This document shows, in pieces, positions 1-13,235 of a stretch of DNA of 64,000 nucleotides. The notes below the pieces were generated by a model. The model made no database searches, had not been told where the DNA came from, and saw only the letters and a list, made by a program, of their open reading frames with translations. The DNA lies in the NCBI RefSeq assembly GCF_009914755.1, contig NC_060926.1; one strand, given 5' to 3'. The DNA is from the human T2T-CHM13v2.0 reference genome, Homo sapiens. Each line of letters begins with the position of its first letter. Within the stretch, counting starts at the first letter, position 1. The translations under genes were made by a program, and so were the position numbers.

Positions 1-1200
<1,200 letters not shown>

Positions 1201-1564
1201 GAAGTAGAAGTCTGGGAAATACATTTGAAAATGAAAAGGAAAAGAGAAAGAACAGGGCTACAAGGCTACAGTTAAAACATTGTTTGGGGCCTTTGTGGAA
1301 ATTAGAAAAAAGTTCTTCCCTGCATGATTGGAATACAAATGGGCTCCTCTTCTGGGCACAGAAATTAACAATACATTTCTTTTTCTTAGGACTAACTCCC
1401 CATAAGGGTTGACACAGGGATATTTCTGCCTCCTTTGAGACAATGAGACATGTCTTATAAGCAAGGCTTTCATGGTCTCAGCCACTTCACATTCAAGCTT
1501 CCCAATTTTATGGTAAAAGGTGTCCTCACTTCTGAAGACAATATTATGACATGATTTTACCTCA

Positions 1565-1795
1565 TTATGGAAAGAACACAGGCCTTAGAGACTGAATAAA
1601 TGGGTTCCTTGCTCTACCACTCACTAGCTGCGTGGTCTTGCATAAGTTATTTAACCTCCCCCAGCCCCAGCTTTATATTTGCAAAGTTGGGGATTAATGA
1701 TGCCTACTTCTCAGGGTCTTTATGAGGATTACACAAGACATTGTGAAAAGGCACTTGGCACCATGTCAAGCACGCATAAATGTTCCATAAATGCT
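1565..1795 (+). mobile_element. MIR SINE
   Basis: MIR core CTCTACCACTCACTAGCTGCGTGGTCTTGCATAAGTTATTTAACCTC...CTACTTCTCAGGG...TGAGGATTA. Confidence 0.8.
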
Positions 1796-1992
1796 CTCTG
1801 GTTCTTGATAGTAGAATTAGTTGCAGCTAGTTTAAAAGAAGTGAGGACTTGGGTGATACCATGCACCCTCCTCACCTCAGACTCACAGGGACAAACTTTA
1901 GATAAAGAAGTATCAATGCTTCCCCTGTCCTTCCTCCAGAGGGCAGGCCTTCAAGTTATCAGATGACCAAACAGGGTCTGCAAAAATCCATC

Positions 1993-2352
1993 TGATACGG
2001 TTTGGATTTGTGTCTCTACCCAAATGTCATGTCAAATTGTAATCCCAAATATTGGGGGAGGAGTCTGGTGGGAGCTGATTGAATCATGGGGGAGGATTTC
2101 CCCCTTGTTATTCTTGTGATAGTGAGTGAGTTCTCAGGAGATCTGGTCGTTTAAGTGTGTAGCTCCCCCTTTACTCTCTTCCTCCTTCTGTGGCCATGTA
2201 AGATGTGCCTGTTTCCCCTTCACTTTTCACCATGAGTGTAAGTTCCCTGAGGCCTCCCCAGTCATGCTTTCTGACAGTCTGTGGAACTGTGAGTCAATTA
2301 AACCTCTTTTCTTTATAAATTACCCAGTCTTAGGTAGCTCTTTATAGCAATG
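1993..2352 (+). mobile_element. MSTA-like ERVL-MaLR solo LTR
   Basis: Starts TGATACGGTTTGG; contains GTGAGTCAATTAAACCTCTTTTCTTTATAAATTACCCAGTC; 5-bp direct repeat CCATC at 1988-1992 and 2353-2357. Confidence 0.9.
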
Positions 2353-3096
2353 CCATCTCACTAGCTTCCTGACATTTCCGTAAAAGGACAATGCTTTTCA
2401 TTTCACAATTATAGGCAAGGCTCAGAGGGTGATGGCAGATAGCAGCTCTTTTCAGGAGGGCAGCAATCCCTCCTGATTGTTCTTCTCCACTCAGCCATGC
2501 CTACTCTTTTCTGCCCATGTGGTGGAAAAAGGGTGCAAAAGAGTGGGCATGGCTGAGTGGACAAGAGTGTGTCTGACCAAAGAAAGGAAAACTCAGGGAT
2601 CCTTAAAATTTGCAAGATTTCATGATTCTATAGTAGACTGGCAGAGTTTCCCACCCTTCTCCCTGAATTTGCTGGACCTCCAGACCTGAGGAAGGAGAGA
2701 GCAATTGCTTTTGCTCTCTCCTTCCTTCAGGAAGGGGCAATTTTCTAGCTCCATCTGGGAGACATGTGTTGTAAGCTCACTGCTTAACAGAACTTGAGAC
2801 TTATTTGACAGCTCCTCCTTCCCAGTTCTCTCCCTGCCTCTTTCCACATCATCACATGTCTCTTCTCAGTTTTCACATTCTCTTCTCCTCTCATATACTC
2901 TTTCCATTTACTCATTTACTCATATCTATTGACCCCTTGCCTCGTTTTTTTTTTCCTTCCATCTTCTATGCCTGCTTCCTTCTAACTTATTTTTCCCTCC
3001 TCACTCCTCACTCATTCTCTTCCCATCTCTCTTCTTCTGCCCCCTCTTTACTCCTGGTGTACTGTCACTGGAATACATGACCATCTCTCAAGCTCT

Positions 3097-3098
<2 letters not shown>

Positions 3099-3137
<39 letters not shown>
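3099..3137. repeat. (TC)n microsatellite within a pyrimidine-rich tract (~2800-3240)
   Basis: About 19 uninterrupted TC units read directly. Confidence 0.95.
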
Positions 3138-3139
<2 letters not shown>

Positions 3140-3524
3140 CTCACTCTCCTATTCCTCCCTCTCTCCTGAGACCTCTTCTAATCTCAGCCTTTCTTTCTCT
3201 TTCCTACTCAATTCACTCTTTTTTCTTTTCCTCCTTCACCCCCAACTGTGAGGGAAAGGTGGGAGAATAGATGAGGGGAGGGAAATATGTGAGGAGAGGG
3301 GCCTGGGGTGGGGGATTTTGGAGAAAGAAGAGAACCAGGCACATAAATGCTGGGTGTGGCCATAACAAAAACAGAATACTACTTGGCTGAGGCCCTGCCC
3401 TCAGAACCAAACAAAGTAAAGGGGATCCCTGGAGAAAGAGCTGTGAGGAAACGAAAAGGACAGTCCTGCCAGTCCCACCTGTCCCACCTCAAAGAACATG
3501 GGCATCCTGAAGACCTGACAATGC

Positions 3525-3760
3525 ATAGCCTAGTGGCAATAGAGTATGGGCTATGGAGCCAATCTGTCAGAGATCAAATCTTGCCTCCATCATTTACTAC
3601 CTCCGTGACCTTGGACAATTAATTATCTGCGGTGCCTTGGTTCCTTCATATGTTAAAATGAGGAAAAAAGCAATATTTTCTCTGTAGATTTGTTGTGAGA
3701 ATTAACTAAGCTAATATATATATAACGTTTCTGGCAAAGAAATTCTATGTAACTGTTATC
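3525..3760 (+). mobile_element. MIR SINE
   Basis: CCTAGTGGCAATAGAGTATGGGCTATGGAGCC...GTGACCTTGGACAATT...TTGTTGTGAGAATTAA. Confidence 0.7.
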
Positions 3761-3806
3761 TCCTATGATTTTTCTGATTTAGAAGGAACAGCCAACTTGC
3801 CCCTTT

Positions 3807-3827
3807 GGCGCTGTCCGTGGTGCTGAA
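3807..3827 (-). promoter_or_regulatory. REST/NRSF RE1 silencer element, perfect canonical match
   Basis: Plus-strand GGCGCTGTCCGTGGTGCTGAA is the reverse complement of TTCAGCACCACGGACAGCGCC (21/21). Confidence 0.92.
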
Positions 3828-3899
3828 GTCCTGAGCCTGCTCCTTCTGGCCCAGGAGTCCGAAAGGTTTGGTATTGGGAAATGGCAGCTCAAATCCATT

Positions 3900-4110
3900 A
3901 GCTCTCACTGTGTGCCAAGGACTGTGCTAAGTGCAGTGCCTGCATTATCTTGCTTTTCTTCACTGCCTGGAAAATAGGTATTGTTATCTCCATTGTAAAG
4001 GTGAGGGAACTGCTGTTTACTTGAGGTGACACAGCTATTACAGTAATGGATGGAGCTGGAGTTTAAACCCAAGTCTTGCTGATTCCAAAGCCCATACTCT
4101 TTCTATAACA
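3900..4110 (-). mobile_element. MIR SINE
   Basis: CTGTGTGCCAAGGACTGTGCTAAGTG...TGTTATCTCCATT...GGAGCTGGAGTTTAAACCCAAGTC. Confidence 0.7.
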
Positions 4111-4584
4111 CTGTTCTGTCTCTTGTGTCCTCATCCTGCCTCTGACTTTCTAATTCCCTGACAGCAGCCACTTGCTTCTGATAGTGACTTCTTTGACCCC
4201 AATCAACAACCAAAGCAGGTCAACGGAAGATCACTTATTATTTCTTTGCTGTTTGATGCTCCTGTAGCCCTAGGTCATGTTATCACGGCATCACAGTGTG
4301 TTGTATTTGGCTGAATATGGGTTTCTCACTTTAGCTAAACTTTGAGTTCCTTTGGGGCAGGGGATTTATGCTGATTATATAGTAGATGCTCATTAAGGGC
4401 CTACTGAACGAAACTAATTTCTCTTCTCCATTTAATGGTATTCTAATAGTAGAAGCTTGTCTCATCTTGCTGTTGTTTGACTTCCATAGGTGTTCTCTTT
4501 CCCTCACTGGGTCTCTGTCATCCCTACATGCCACTTGCAGCACTGGCCCCTCTGACTGATATTATTGGTCTGTTAAAAGGGATT

Positions 4585-4894
4585 TATTATTCAACCAACT
4601 AACTCATTGAGCCTCCTTTATGCACAGCTTTATGCTGACAGCATATGCACATATGACTAGCTTGTTCCTGTACTCAAGGCACACAAAGTCTGCTGTGAAA
4701 ACATAATGAGCACATGTGACACAGAGAGTGAGCAAGTGATACCAAACTGCATGAGGGGTCAGGGCAAGTATAGTAGATGTTTGTTATGGGAGGGAGGAAA
4801 GTGAGCCTTGAAGAATGAACAGGATTTAGATAAAAAGATGGTAATGTAAACATTCTAGGTAGGGCAATAATGTGCTTTACCCCTAGATGTGGGC

Positions 4895-4935
<41 letters not shown>

Positions 4936-5300
4936 AAGGTGGGGGAAGTAGAGGGGAGAAATGAGGGCACTGGCAGTCTGAAACAGGGATACATTTTTCA
5001 ATTAGTTGGGGCTAAAATTTTAAGGGGCTAGGGACAATGGAGGATGATGGAAAGTTTTGGAAGCAGACAGTAGTTTGGACCTGACTTAGTAGGAAGTGGG
5101 AAATTATCAAAATGCTCTGACTTGGAAAGTGACAAGATCAAATTGTGCTTTAGAAACATCCTGTCAGCAGCATATGGGGGCAATGAAAGGGCTGATCCCA
5201 GGGGCAGTTACACAGTCAGAAAGCTATTTGCAGGAGTCAGAGCTGAGGAGGTAAGGCCCTGGATTCAGAAAGTGGCAGTGGAGAAAGGACAAGAAACATC
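4585..5300 (-). mobile_element. L2 LINE fragment, interrupted by a (TG)n repeat
   Basis: TTATTCAACCAACTAACTCATTGAGCCTCC antisense L2 3' end; GTGACAAGATCAAATTGTGCTTTAGAAA is typical L2 body. Confidence 0.55.
4896..4932. repeat. (TG)n microsatellite
   Basis: About 18 TG units read directly. Confidence 0.95.
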
Positions 5301-6089
5301 CATGGTGAACACCCATATGCCATGGTCCAGTTAACTTGGGCCTAATTGGAAATAACAAATACCAAGCAACCAAAAGCCACCCTGAGGAAGGATGCATTTT
5401 TTTTGTCCTGTTTCCCATACTACTCTGTGGTGTCAGTGGAGCATCCTAGCTGCAAGGGAGGTCAAAGGCTTTGAAAAATGAAGAGGAATGAAAGCTTGCC
5501 TTGCAGTCACCTGCATGCCGTCTCACACAGGCAGCTGAGGCCAAGGACCACCTGCAATGTCAGCTGGAAATCCAGGCTCTGCAGCCCCAGCTGGCCCAGA
5601 TACGAGCTGAAGGTTGTTGGAGGTCCCCAGCAGCTGGCAGGTTGGTGGCCCACACCTCTCCCTGCTGCTCCTCCAGGATCATTCTGCATACCTCTTCCAG
5701 AAGAGCTGTGTCATCCTGAGGGTTGTGATAAATGAAGGTTCTATATAAAACCAACCCCATTGAAAACCACACTCCACTAAGTGCCTGTGTGGGTGTTGGG
5801 GGCCATGGAGAGCATTAGGGTTAAAATCAGGGCTCCTGACAAAAACCCAAAGCAATCCAGAAAAACGCTGGTGGCTGAGGTCTTGTTGACATGCCTGCCT
5901 GTCAGGTGGATCAGTTCTGTCCTATTAGACACACACTCTGAGCTTCCATGTGTGACATTCCTTCAGACCTTTATACAATTTTGCACAGCCTCCCAAAACT
6001 CATTATCCCATGTGACAGTCATTTTATCCTGTGAAGTAGAAAGGGAAAGCCTCATTATCTTTATCCATCTCATCAGTGAGGAATCCAGA

Positions 6090-6290
6090 GCATTGTCCTA
6101 TACTTTCCCTATCATACCATTTATCATGCTCTATGATAATTACTACTGTTATTGTGTGAATTCACTACTACCCAGGGAGCCCCATGAAAGTAGGGATCAG
6201 GTCTGTCTTCTTCAATGCTGTCTCCCCAGACCCCACAGAATACTTGACAGCAAACAAATAAGTGAATGAATGAATGAATGAATGAATGAA
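6090..6290 (+). mobile_element. L2 3' end with (TGAA)n tail
   Basis: CCCCATGAAAGTAGGGATCAGGTCTGTCTT...AATAAGTGAATGAATGAATGAATG. Confidence 0.75.
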
Positions 6291-6604
6291 CTGCCAAAGG
6301 GCATATAGATGCTTCCCATCAGAACAAGAACTGGATCCCAGGTCTCCCATCCTCCAGTACAATCATGGTTTTCTTAGAGTATTAGAACTAGAAGAACAAT
6401 TAGTGGTTCTGAGTCAAGCAGGTTTCCTCCCCTGAAATGCCCTTGTCCCACTTCCAGAAGTGCCATCCCTTCCAAGACACCCATCTTTCCACACAGCTAG
6501 AAGGGCATACTTCATTCACATTGGAATTACTTGGGAGCTTTTAAAAATACTGATGCCTAGGTTTCCAATTCCAGAGATTCTGAACTTAATTGGTCTGGAG
6601 ATCA

Positions 6605-7225
<621 letters not shown>

Positions 7226-8830
7226 TGTCAAGCCTTAGGCCCCACCCAGACATGCTGAGTCAGAATTTGCATTTCCCCAGGAAAGGAGTTCCCTGAGGAA
7301 TTTGCAAGTTCCCCAGGAGAGTCATTAACTTGAGCAATATTTCAGGGGTGGTTCTTGACCCTGGCTAGCAGTAGAATCACTCTGAGGGCTTTCTAATTAC
7401 CAGTTGCTGAACTCCACGTGAGACCAAATAAACCAGACTCTCTGAGGATAGCGCTCAGACATAGTGTTTAAAAATCTCCCCAGGTGACTCTCATTTGCAG
7501 TCAAGGCTCAGAAGCACCAAACAGAATAATCTGTACCTCTGCTGGCATATAGTGCTTTCTGCCTTGCATTGTCATTATAATTATCTGTGTACATGACTTA
7601 TTTCCTCCATTGACCATCAGTTCCCTGAGGGCAGAGACTGTGTTTCATTTATTCATGATGCATAAAAAAGTTAAGCTCCTACTATGTGAAAAACAATGGG
7701 CTAGGCACTGGGGGTACATGTGCAGCCTCTGCTGTCAAAAACAGTCCTGTGGTCATGGAGTTCACAATTTAGAAGGAGAAACAGACATACAAATTAAGTG
7801 ATTAAAATGTGAGAATAGGAGTCTACCTGGAAATATGAACAGGGAACCACCAGGCTCTGGAGGAGAGCAACGTGACCCTCCTGGGAAATTCAGGGAGGGT
7901 TTCACAGGAAGGCAGCCTTGGAGCTGCCCTTGCAGGGTAAGTAAGATGCCTGCACAGGTAGAGAAGACAAGGAGAGGAAACTCCTAAGGAAAGGAGCAGG
8001 TTGCACATAAGCAGATACATATGGGTAAAATGATGAATATACAAAACTGTTATCCCAGAATTATTTATCATCACAACATATTGTAAACAACTTAAATGTC
8101 CATCTGAAGAAGACTGCTAAATAAATCATGGTCCATTCTTGCAAAAGAATATCGGGCAAACACGAATATGTTGAAGAGCCTCTTTTAGGTACTCATATAG
8201 AATCATCCAGGACAGAGTGCTAATCCTCCATGAAAAAGCAAGGCCATTGTAAAGCACAATTTAAAATATGTTGTTATACACACTCAATCTGCCTAAACAC
8301 CCTATGAGGCATCATCATACCCTTTTTGAAGATAAGGAAACCGCATCTCAGAGAGATGAAGTACCTTGCCCAATTTCGCGATGTAAACCAGAGAACCAGG
8401 CTTCCAACTCACGTGGGTCTGACTGAAAAGCCTGCAATGGTTCTGCCAGCCCAGGCTGGCCATGGGCTTTGTCTGATGAGACCATTTATGGAGTAGATAG
8501 ATTTGTGGGCATCAAGGCCTGAGGCAGGGGGAATGGGCTTCAGGGACAGAGCCAGAATCCCAAGGGAGGGGCAGGAAGACAAGGCCAGGAAGAGAGAAGG
8601 AACAGGCTCAAAGGACACAGCCCTCTGACTCTGCCATTGCCACCAGCTGTTGACAACTTCCTAAGCTGTGGGGCCTATACCCAAATGGGTGGTCCTGCAA
8701 GCAGGGAGTCCTAATGTGGTCACAGCCACTGCTGCAATGTTTGAACCAGCCAGGCATTTGCAAAGGAGTCCTGCCACCCCAGTAGACAGCAACAGGCACA
8801 GATGATCCCTAATTTGTCTTCTAAGCCCTC

Positions 8831-9428
8831 TGTTGGAAGTAAGTGCTCGGTGCCACCAAGTGAAAATAGCACTTAGGCAAAAGTTTTCTCAGCAAGGCAA
8901 TTTACTTCTATAGAAGGGTGTGTCTTGCGGATGGAGCAGTGGCGAGAGCACACCGGAAAAGGGAGGGGAAGGGCTTCTTACCCTAACGCAGCTAGTCCCT
9001 ACTGCTGTGTCTTTCCCCTATTGGCTAGGATTGGACCACACAATCCAAGCTAATTCTGACTGGCTATTTTAAAGAGAGCAGGAATATGAGCCAGAGTGGC
9101 AGGGTGAGTAGTTCGGCAGGAAGGGCGGTTACAGAGCAGGTGACTCAGGATGACTAAGAACAGAGCAGGTGACCAAGGATGACTAAGTTCAGAGCAGGTG
9201 ATAGAGGCTAGGAGGGGGTTGTTTACTGAGGCTAGGGGCAAGGAGACACAAAGAATGAGGAAGTTAAACTTTAAAATGGAGAACAAAGAACGGGGAAGCT
9301 GAACATATTGACACATTGGTTCTTTGGAGAGGAGCTCAGAACTCACGGTACTTCACAATTTTCTCCCTCTTGAATTTTAAAGAAAGTTAACAGGCTAAAC
9401 TTTGAAGGGGAAACTGATCTATTCTACA
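8831..9428 (-). mobile_element. LTR10-like (LTR10A/F, ERV1) solo LTR
   Basis: TG...CA termini with 4-bp TSD CCTC (8827-8830, 9429-9432); 598 bp; matches recalled LTR10 sequence (CTTCAAAGTTTAGCCTGTTAAC on minus); internal 29-bp tandem carrying TGACTCA. Confidence 0.8.
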
Positions 9429-12010
9429 CCTCCATCCAGAAAGAGGCCAAGGAGCACACTGAATGGCAGCCCCACTTTATAGAAGCCCTTGGAGCACAAA
9501 TCCCTGGATTCAGAATTCCCTACTAAAGCCTAAGAAAAACTGAGGCCCTGTCTTCTCCTCCATCACATGAGGAGCTCATATCTGACAATGCCACCCATCT
9601 GAGGGTACTCCCCAAACAGCCACATCACCCAGGAAGCCCCCACTGTAAGACGACCCATAGTAAGGCTTGAGTCGTCATCTCAGGAGAGGTGCTGAAGCCA
9701 CATGTGAAGAGGAAAGAGTGTGGGCATTAGGGTTCCATTCAGACCCTGGCTCCACCCCTACCAGCCAATGACTTAACGAGTCACCTAACTGCTCTGAGCC
9801 TCTGTCCCCACCCCTTCTACATGGGGATGTCCTCCTTGCTGTGGGCAAATGACATGAGTCTACCTATGTCAGGTTCCCAGCCCAGCTTTGAGGTTGGCAG
9901 ACAGAAAATAGAGTGGAGCTGTCATCCCATTCATTTCTGCATCCATGCACAGCTCACAGCCCCCAAACCTTTCCTAGCTGCCCCTGGTCCCCATGACAAC
10001 CTCGTGAAAGCAGGGGGTCTCATAATCAAACACTCCTAGGGCAGAGGGTAAAGTACACACACAAGGCAGGGGTTGTATAAGACAAGAGAAAGTGGGGGCG
10101 GCGTGCTGAGCAGGAGAGTGTGGCCCCACCTGAAGGGACTTGCAGGCCCAATTTTTATAAAAAAGAAAAAGAAAAAGAGGGGACAATTTATCCCTTGAGC
10201 CACCCCTTTGAGAGTCTTAACACTGAAGCCAGCTGGGGCCCAACAAGTACCCCCACAGCCTGCTTGGGGACACACAGAGTTAGAGGAAAACTGAGCCCAG
10301 CCCAGAACTGCATTCTCTCCCAGCAGCTGCTGCCAGGCTGGCCTCATCCTGAGCAGAGGAGGTAGGCGGCTGGGGGTGTACTCTGTGGAACATCGGGAAA
10401 GGCCCCCCAAGAGCTCTCCCCGCCAGAACCTGAAATGCCGGCATTAAATATTCATTCCTTTGGGTTAAGTGTTTCCTCTCCAGGGTCCTCTTTTAAAATT
10501 CAAATGCTTCTTTGGAAAGGAACAAGCCACTTGTGGCTCAGAATCAAATGTACTGGAATTGAGTGGATGGAATGGCAGCCCTGCTCAGGGAGGAGAGAGG
10601 ACCTCCTCCCCCATCACCACCCACTGCTCCTCACCATCCCTTTTGCACTGCTGTGCTCCTCCGCCCTCAGTCCATTTGAGGACCACGTATGCTGAGGGGC
10701 TGGAATAGAATCTGCTCTAAGTTTCTGTTCCGGGAGATCAAACAAGAGATTCACTCAGAAGAGCCCTTGGCCACTGCAGACACCTTGGTCTCCCCTTCGG
10801 GTCCCAAACATTCTTGCTGGAAGTTAGGGGGCTAGGCAAGCACGTGGAGCTGAGCTTTTCCAGTGCAAAGAAAGCCAGCAGCAGCCCAGCTCTGAGCAGT
10901 GAGAACAACTTCTGCCCCAGGTAGCTAGGAGAGCTGGCAGACCAGCTCCCCAAGGAGGCTCGGAGCCACAGCGACTGCATCGCTTCCTCAGAAGCCTGCA
11001 TTGTCATTCCACGCAGGTTTCCATTTGATTGGGATGCAGAGAACAAGTCAGCATGTACATCCCCACTAATGAGAGTGGCCCTAATGAATGCATTAACAAG
11101 AAAGTACGGTTGGGGACCCACTGTGTGCCCAGCCCATGCTAGGCATAGCCTTTGAAATGAGGTTTCTCTTGAACCTCACTTCTTTTACCCACTCGTTCAG
11201 GACCCGTGACCTAGCCCTCAAGTCTCCCTGATTATTTCTGGAAGTCCTCAGAAGGTTCTCAAGTTTGTCCCCACAAGTTCTCTTAGCTTCCCTGTGTGTC
11301 CAGCATTTGTCTCCCCTCCAGGTCTGGCTTCCTTTGGAGAAGCCCATAAAAAAGGCAAAAAAAAAAAAAAAAAAAAAAAGCTCTGTCCCGTAGCCCCTGC
11401 TGCTGGTGCAACTTTTATTGTTGCTTTTGCTTCCTGTCCCCTAGGGTGACATGATGTGTGCCCCAGTCAAAGTGAACCTTCTGAGTTGAGAAGAATGCTG
11501 CCCGCCCTTGGGCAACTGTCACCCCTCCTCTCATAGGACCTTAAGGTGGAAACCATCCTATGCTCTTCTGTTAGTGGGGGCCAGACACAAGTCCAGGAGA
11601 GGGATGGTGGACCGCTGTCTCCCAGATGCTCCCCGTCACCCACACCAGGGCCTCTGCCATCCACATCTGTACCCCAAGAGCACTGGCCTCAGACATCAGA
11701 CCCAAGGGTTGAGTTCCTGGATGAGTGACCTCTACAAAGTCACAGCCAGCCAGGCCCACATCTAGACTGCCAGGCTGCTGGGCTGAGAACCTTCCCCAGG
11801 AAAGGGCCAACAAGGTATATTCCCAGTCACCAGACACTCTTCCACTGTCAGAGACTGACTACCAGGCCAGAGAGCCCCTTTCAGGAAGAAGAGTGAACAG
11901 TTCTGGCCTGATAGCCCTCTTCTGTTTGCAAGAAGCCCAGGGACCCCCAATAAGCCTCATAATGCCGCTGAGCCTCAGTCTTTCTCATCTGTAGTTAAAA
12001 ATGCCTTTTT

Positions 12011-12432
<422 letters not shown>

Positions 12433-13089
12433 TTATGAGCACTCTCATTTTACAGAGGAAAAGAAAATTAGGCTTGGAATAAAACACTGGGCACAGTGTT
12501 TGGTACATGGACAGAATTCACTAAATGCTGCTGAGTTTTTGTACAAAAATGCTTATCAAGAAGTTTTTATGCCAGTTAGAGAGATGAGATGGAGCAACAT
12601 ACAATTATCACATCCTTTACCCTGCTTGCAGGCTCAGGGAAGGGCTGTCTTCCCTGATCTCCCAGCCCATGGTTGTCTGTGCTTCTCCATCTGAGCTCTG
12701 TAACTTGGATTGTGTTCACCACTTACCTGACACTGAGTGACCTTCAAGGCCCAGCCCAAGAGCTCCCAGTTCAAAGTCATTGTCTTTCTCCTGTTCATTC
12801 TCTGCAATCTGAGCAACAGATCTCTGAATGCCTGCCCTTCTTCGCTTCTACACTGTGCCCTTTAAGGTCAGGGACTACATCTTATTTTAATTCCTTTGCT
12901 TTTGCAGAAACACCCCACAATTTGTATGTAGCAGACACCCAATGATGTTTGCTAAGTTGCATACAGTAGCCATGTTCCCATCTAGGAGTGTATTCCAGGT
13001 CCCAGCAGTGAAGGCTGCCCCTTTAAGAATGGGAACCATGCCTCGTGGATGTAGCCATCTAGGGAGGAACACAGGAAGGAGCTGCTTCT

Positions 13090-13235
13090 ACCACTCCAGA
13101 CCTCTGTGACTTTGGGAAGGTCAGTTAAGTTCCCAAAACTTCAGTTTCCATGGCCACAAAATGACAATACTAATACTCCTTCCTTGCGAGTTATGAGAAT
13201 TAAATGAGAAGGTTTGCATAAGGCACTTATTACAA
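13090..13235 (+). mobile_element. MIR SINE
   Basis: CTGTGACTTTGGGAAGGTCAGTTAA...TCAGTTTCC...TTATGAGAATTAAATGAG. Confidence 0.7.
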
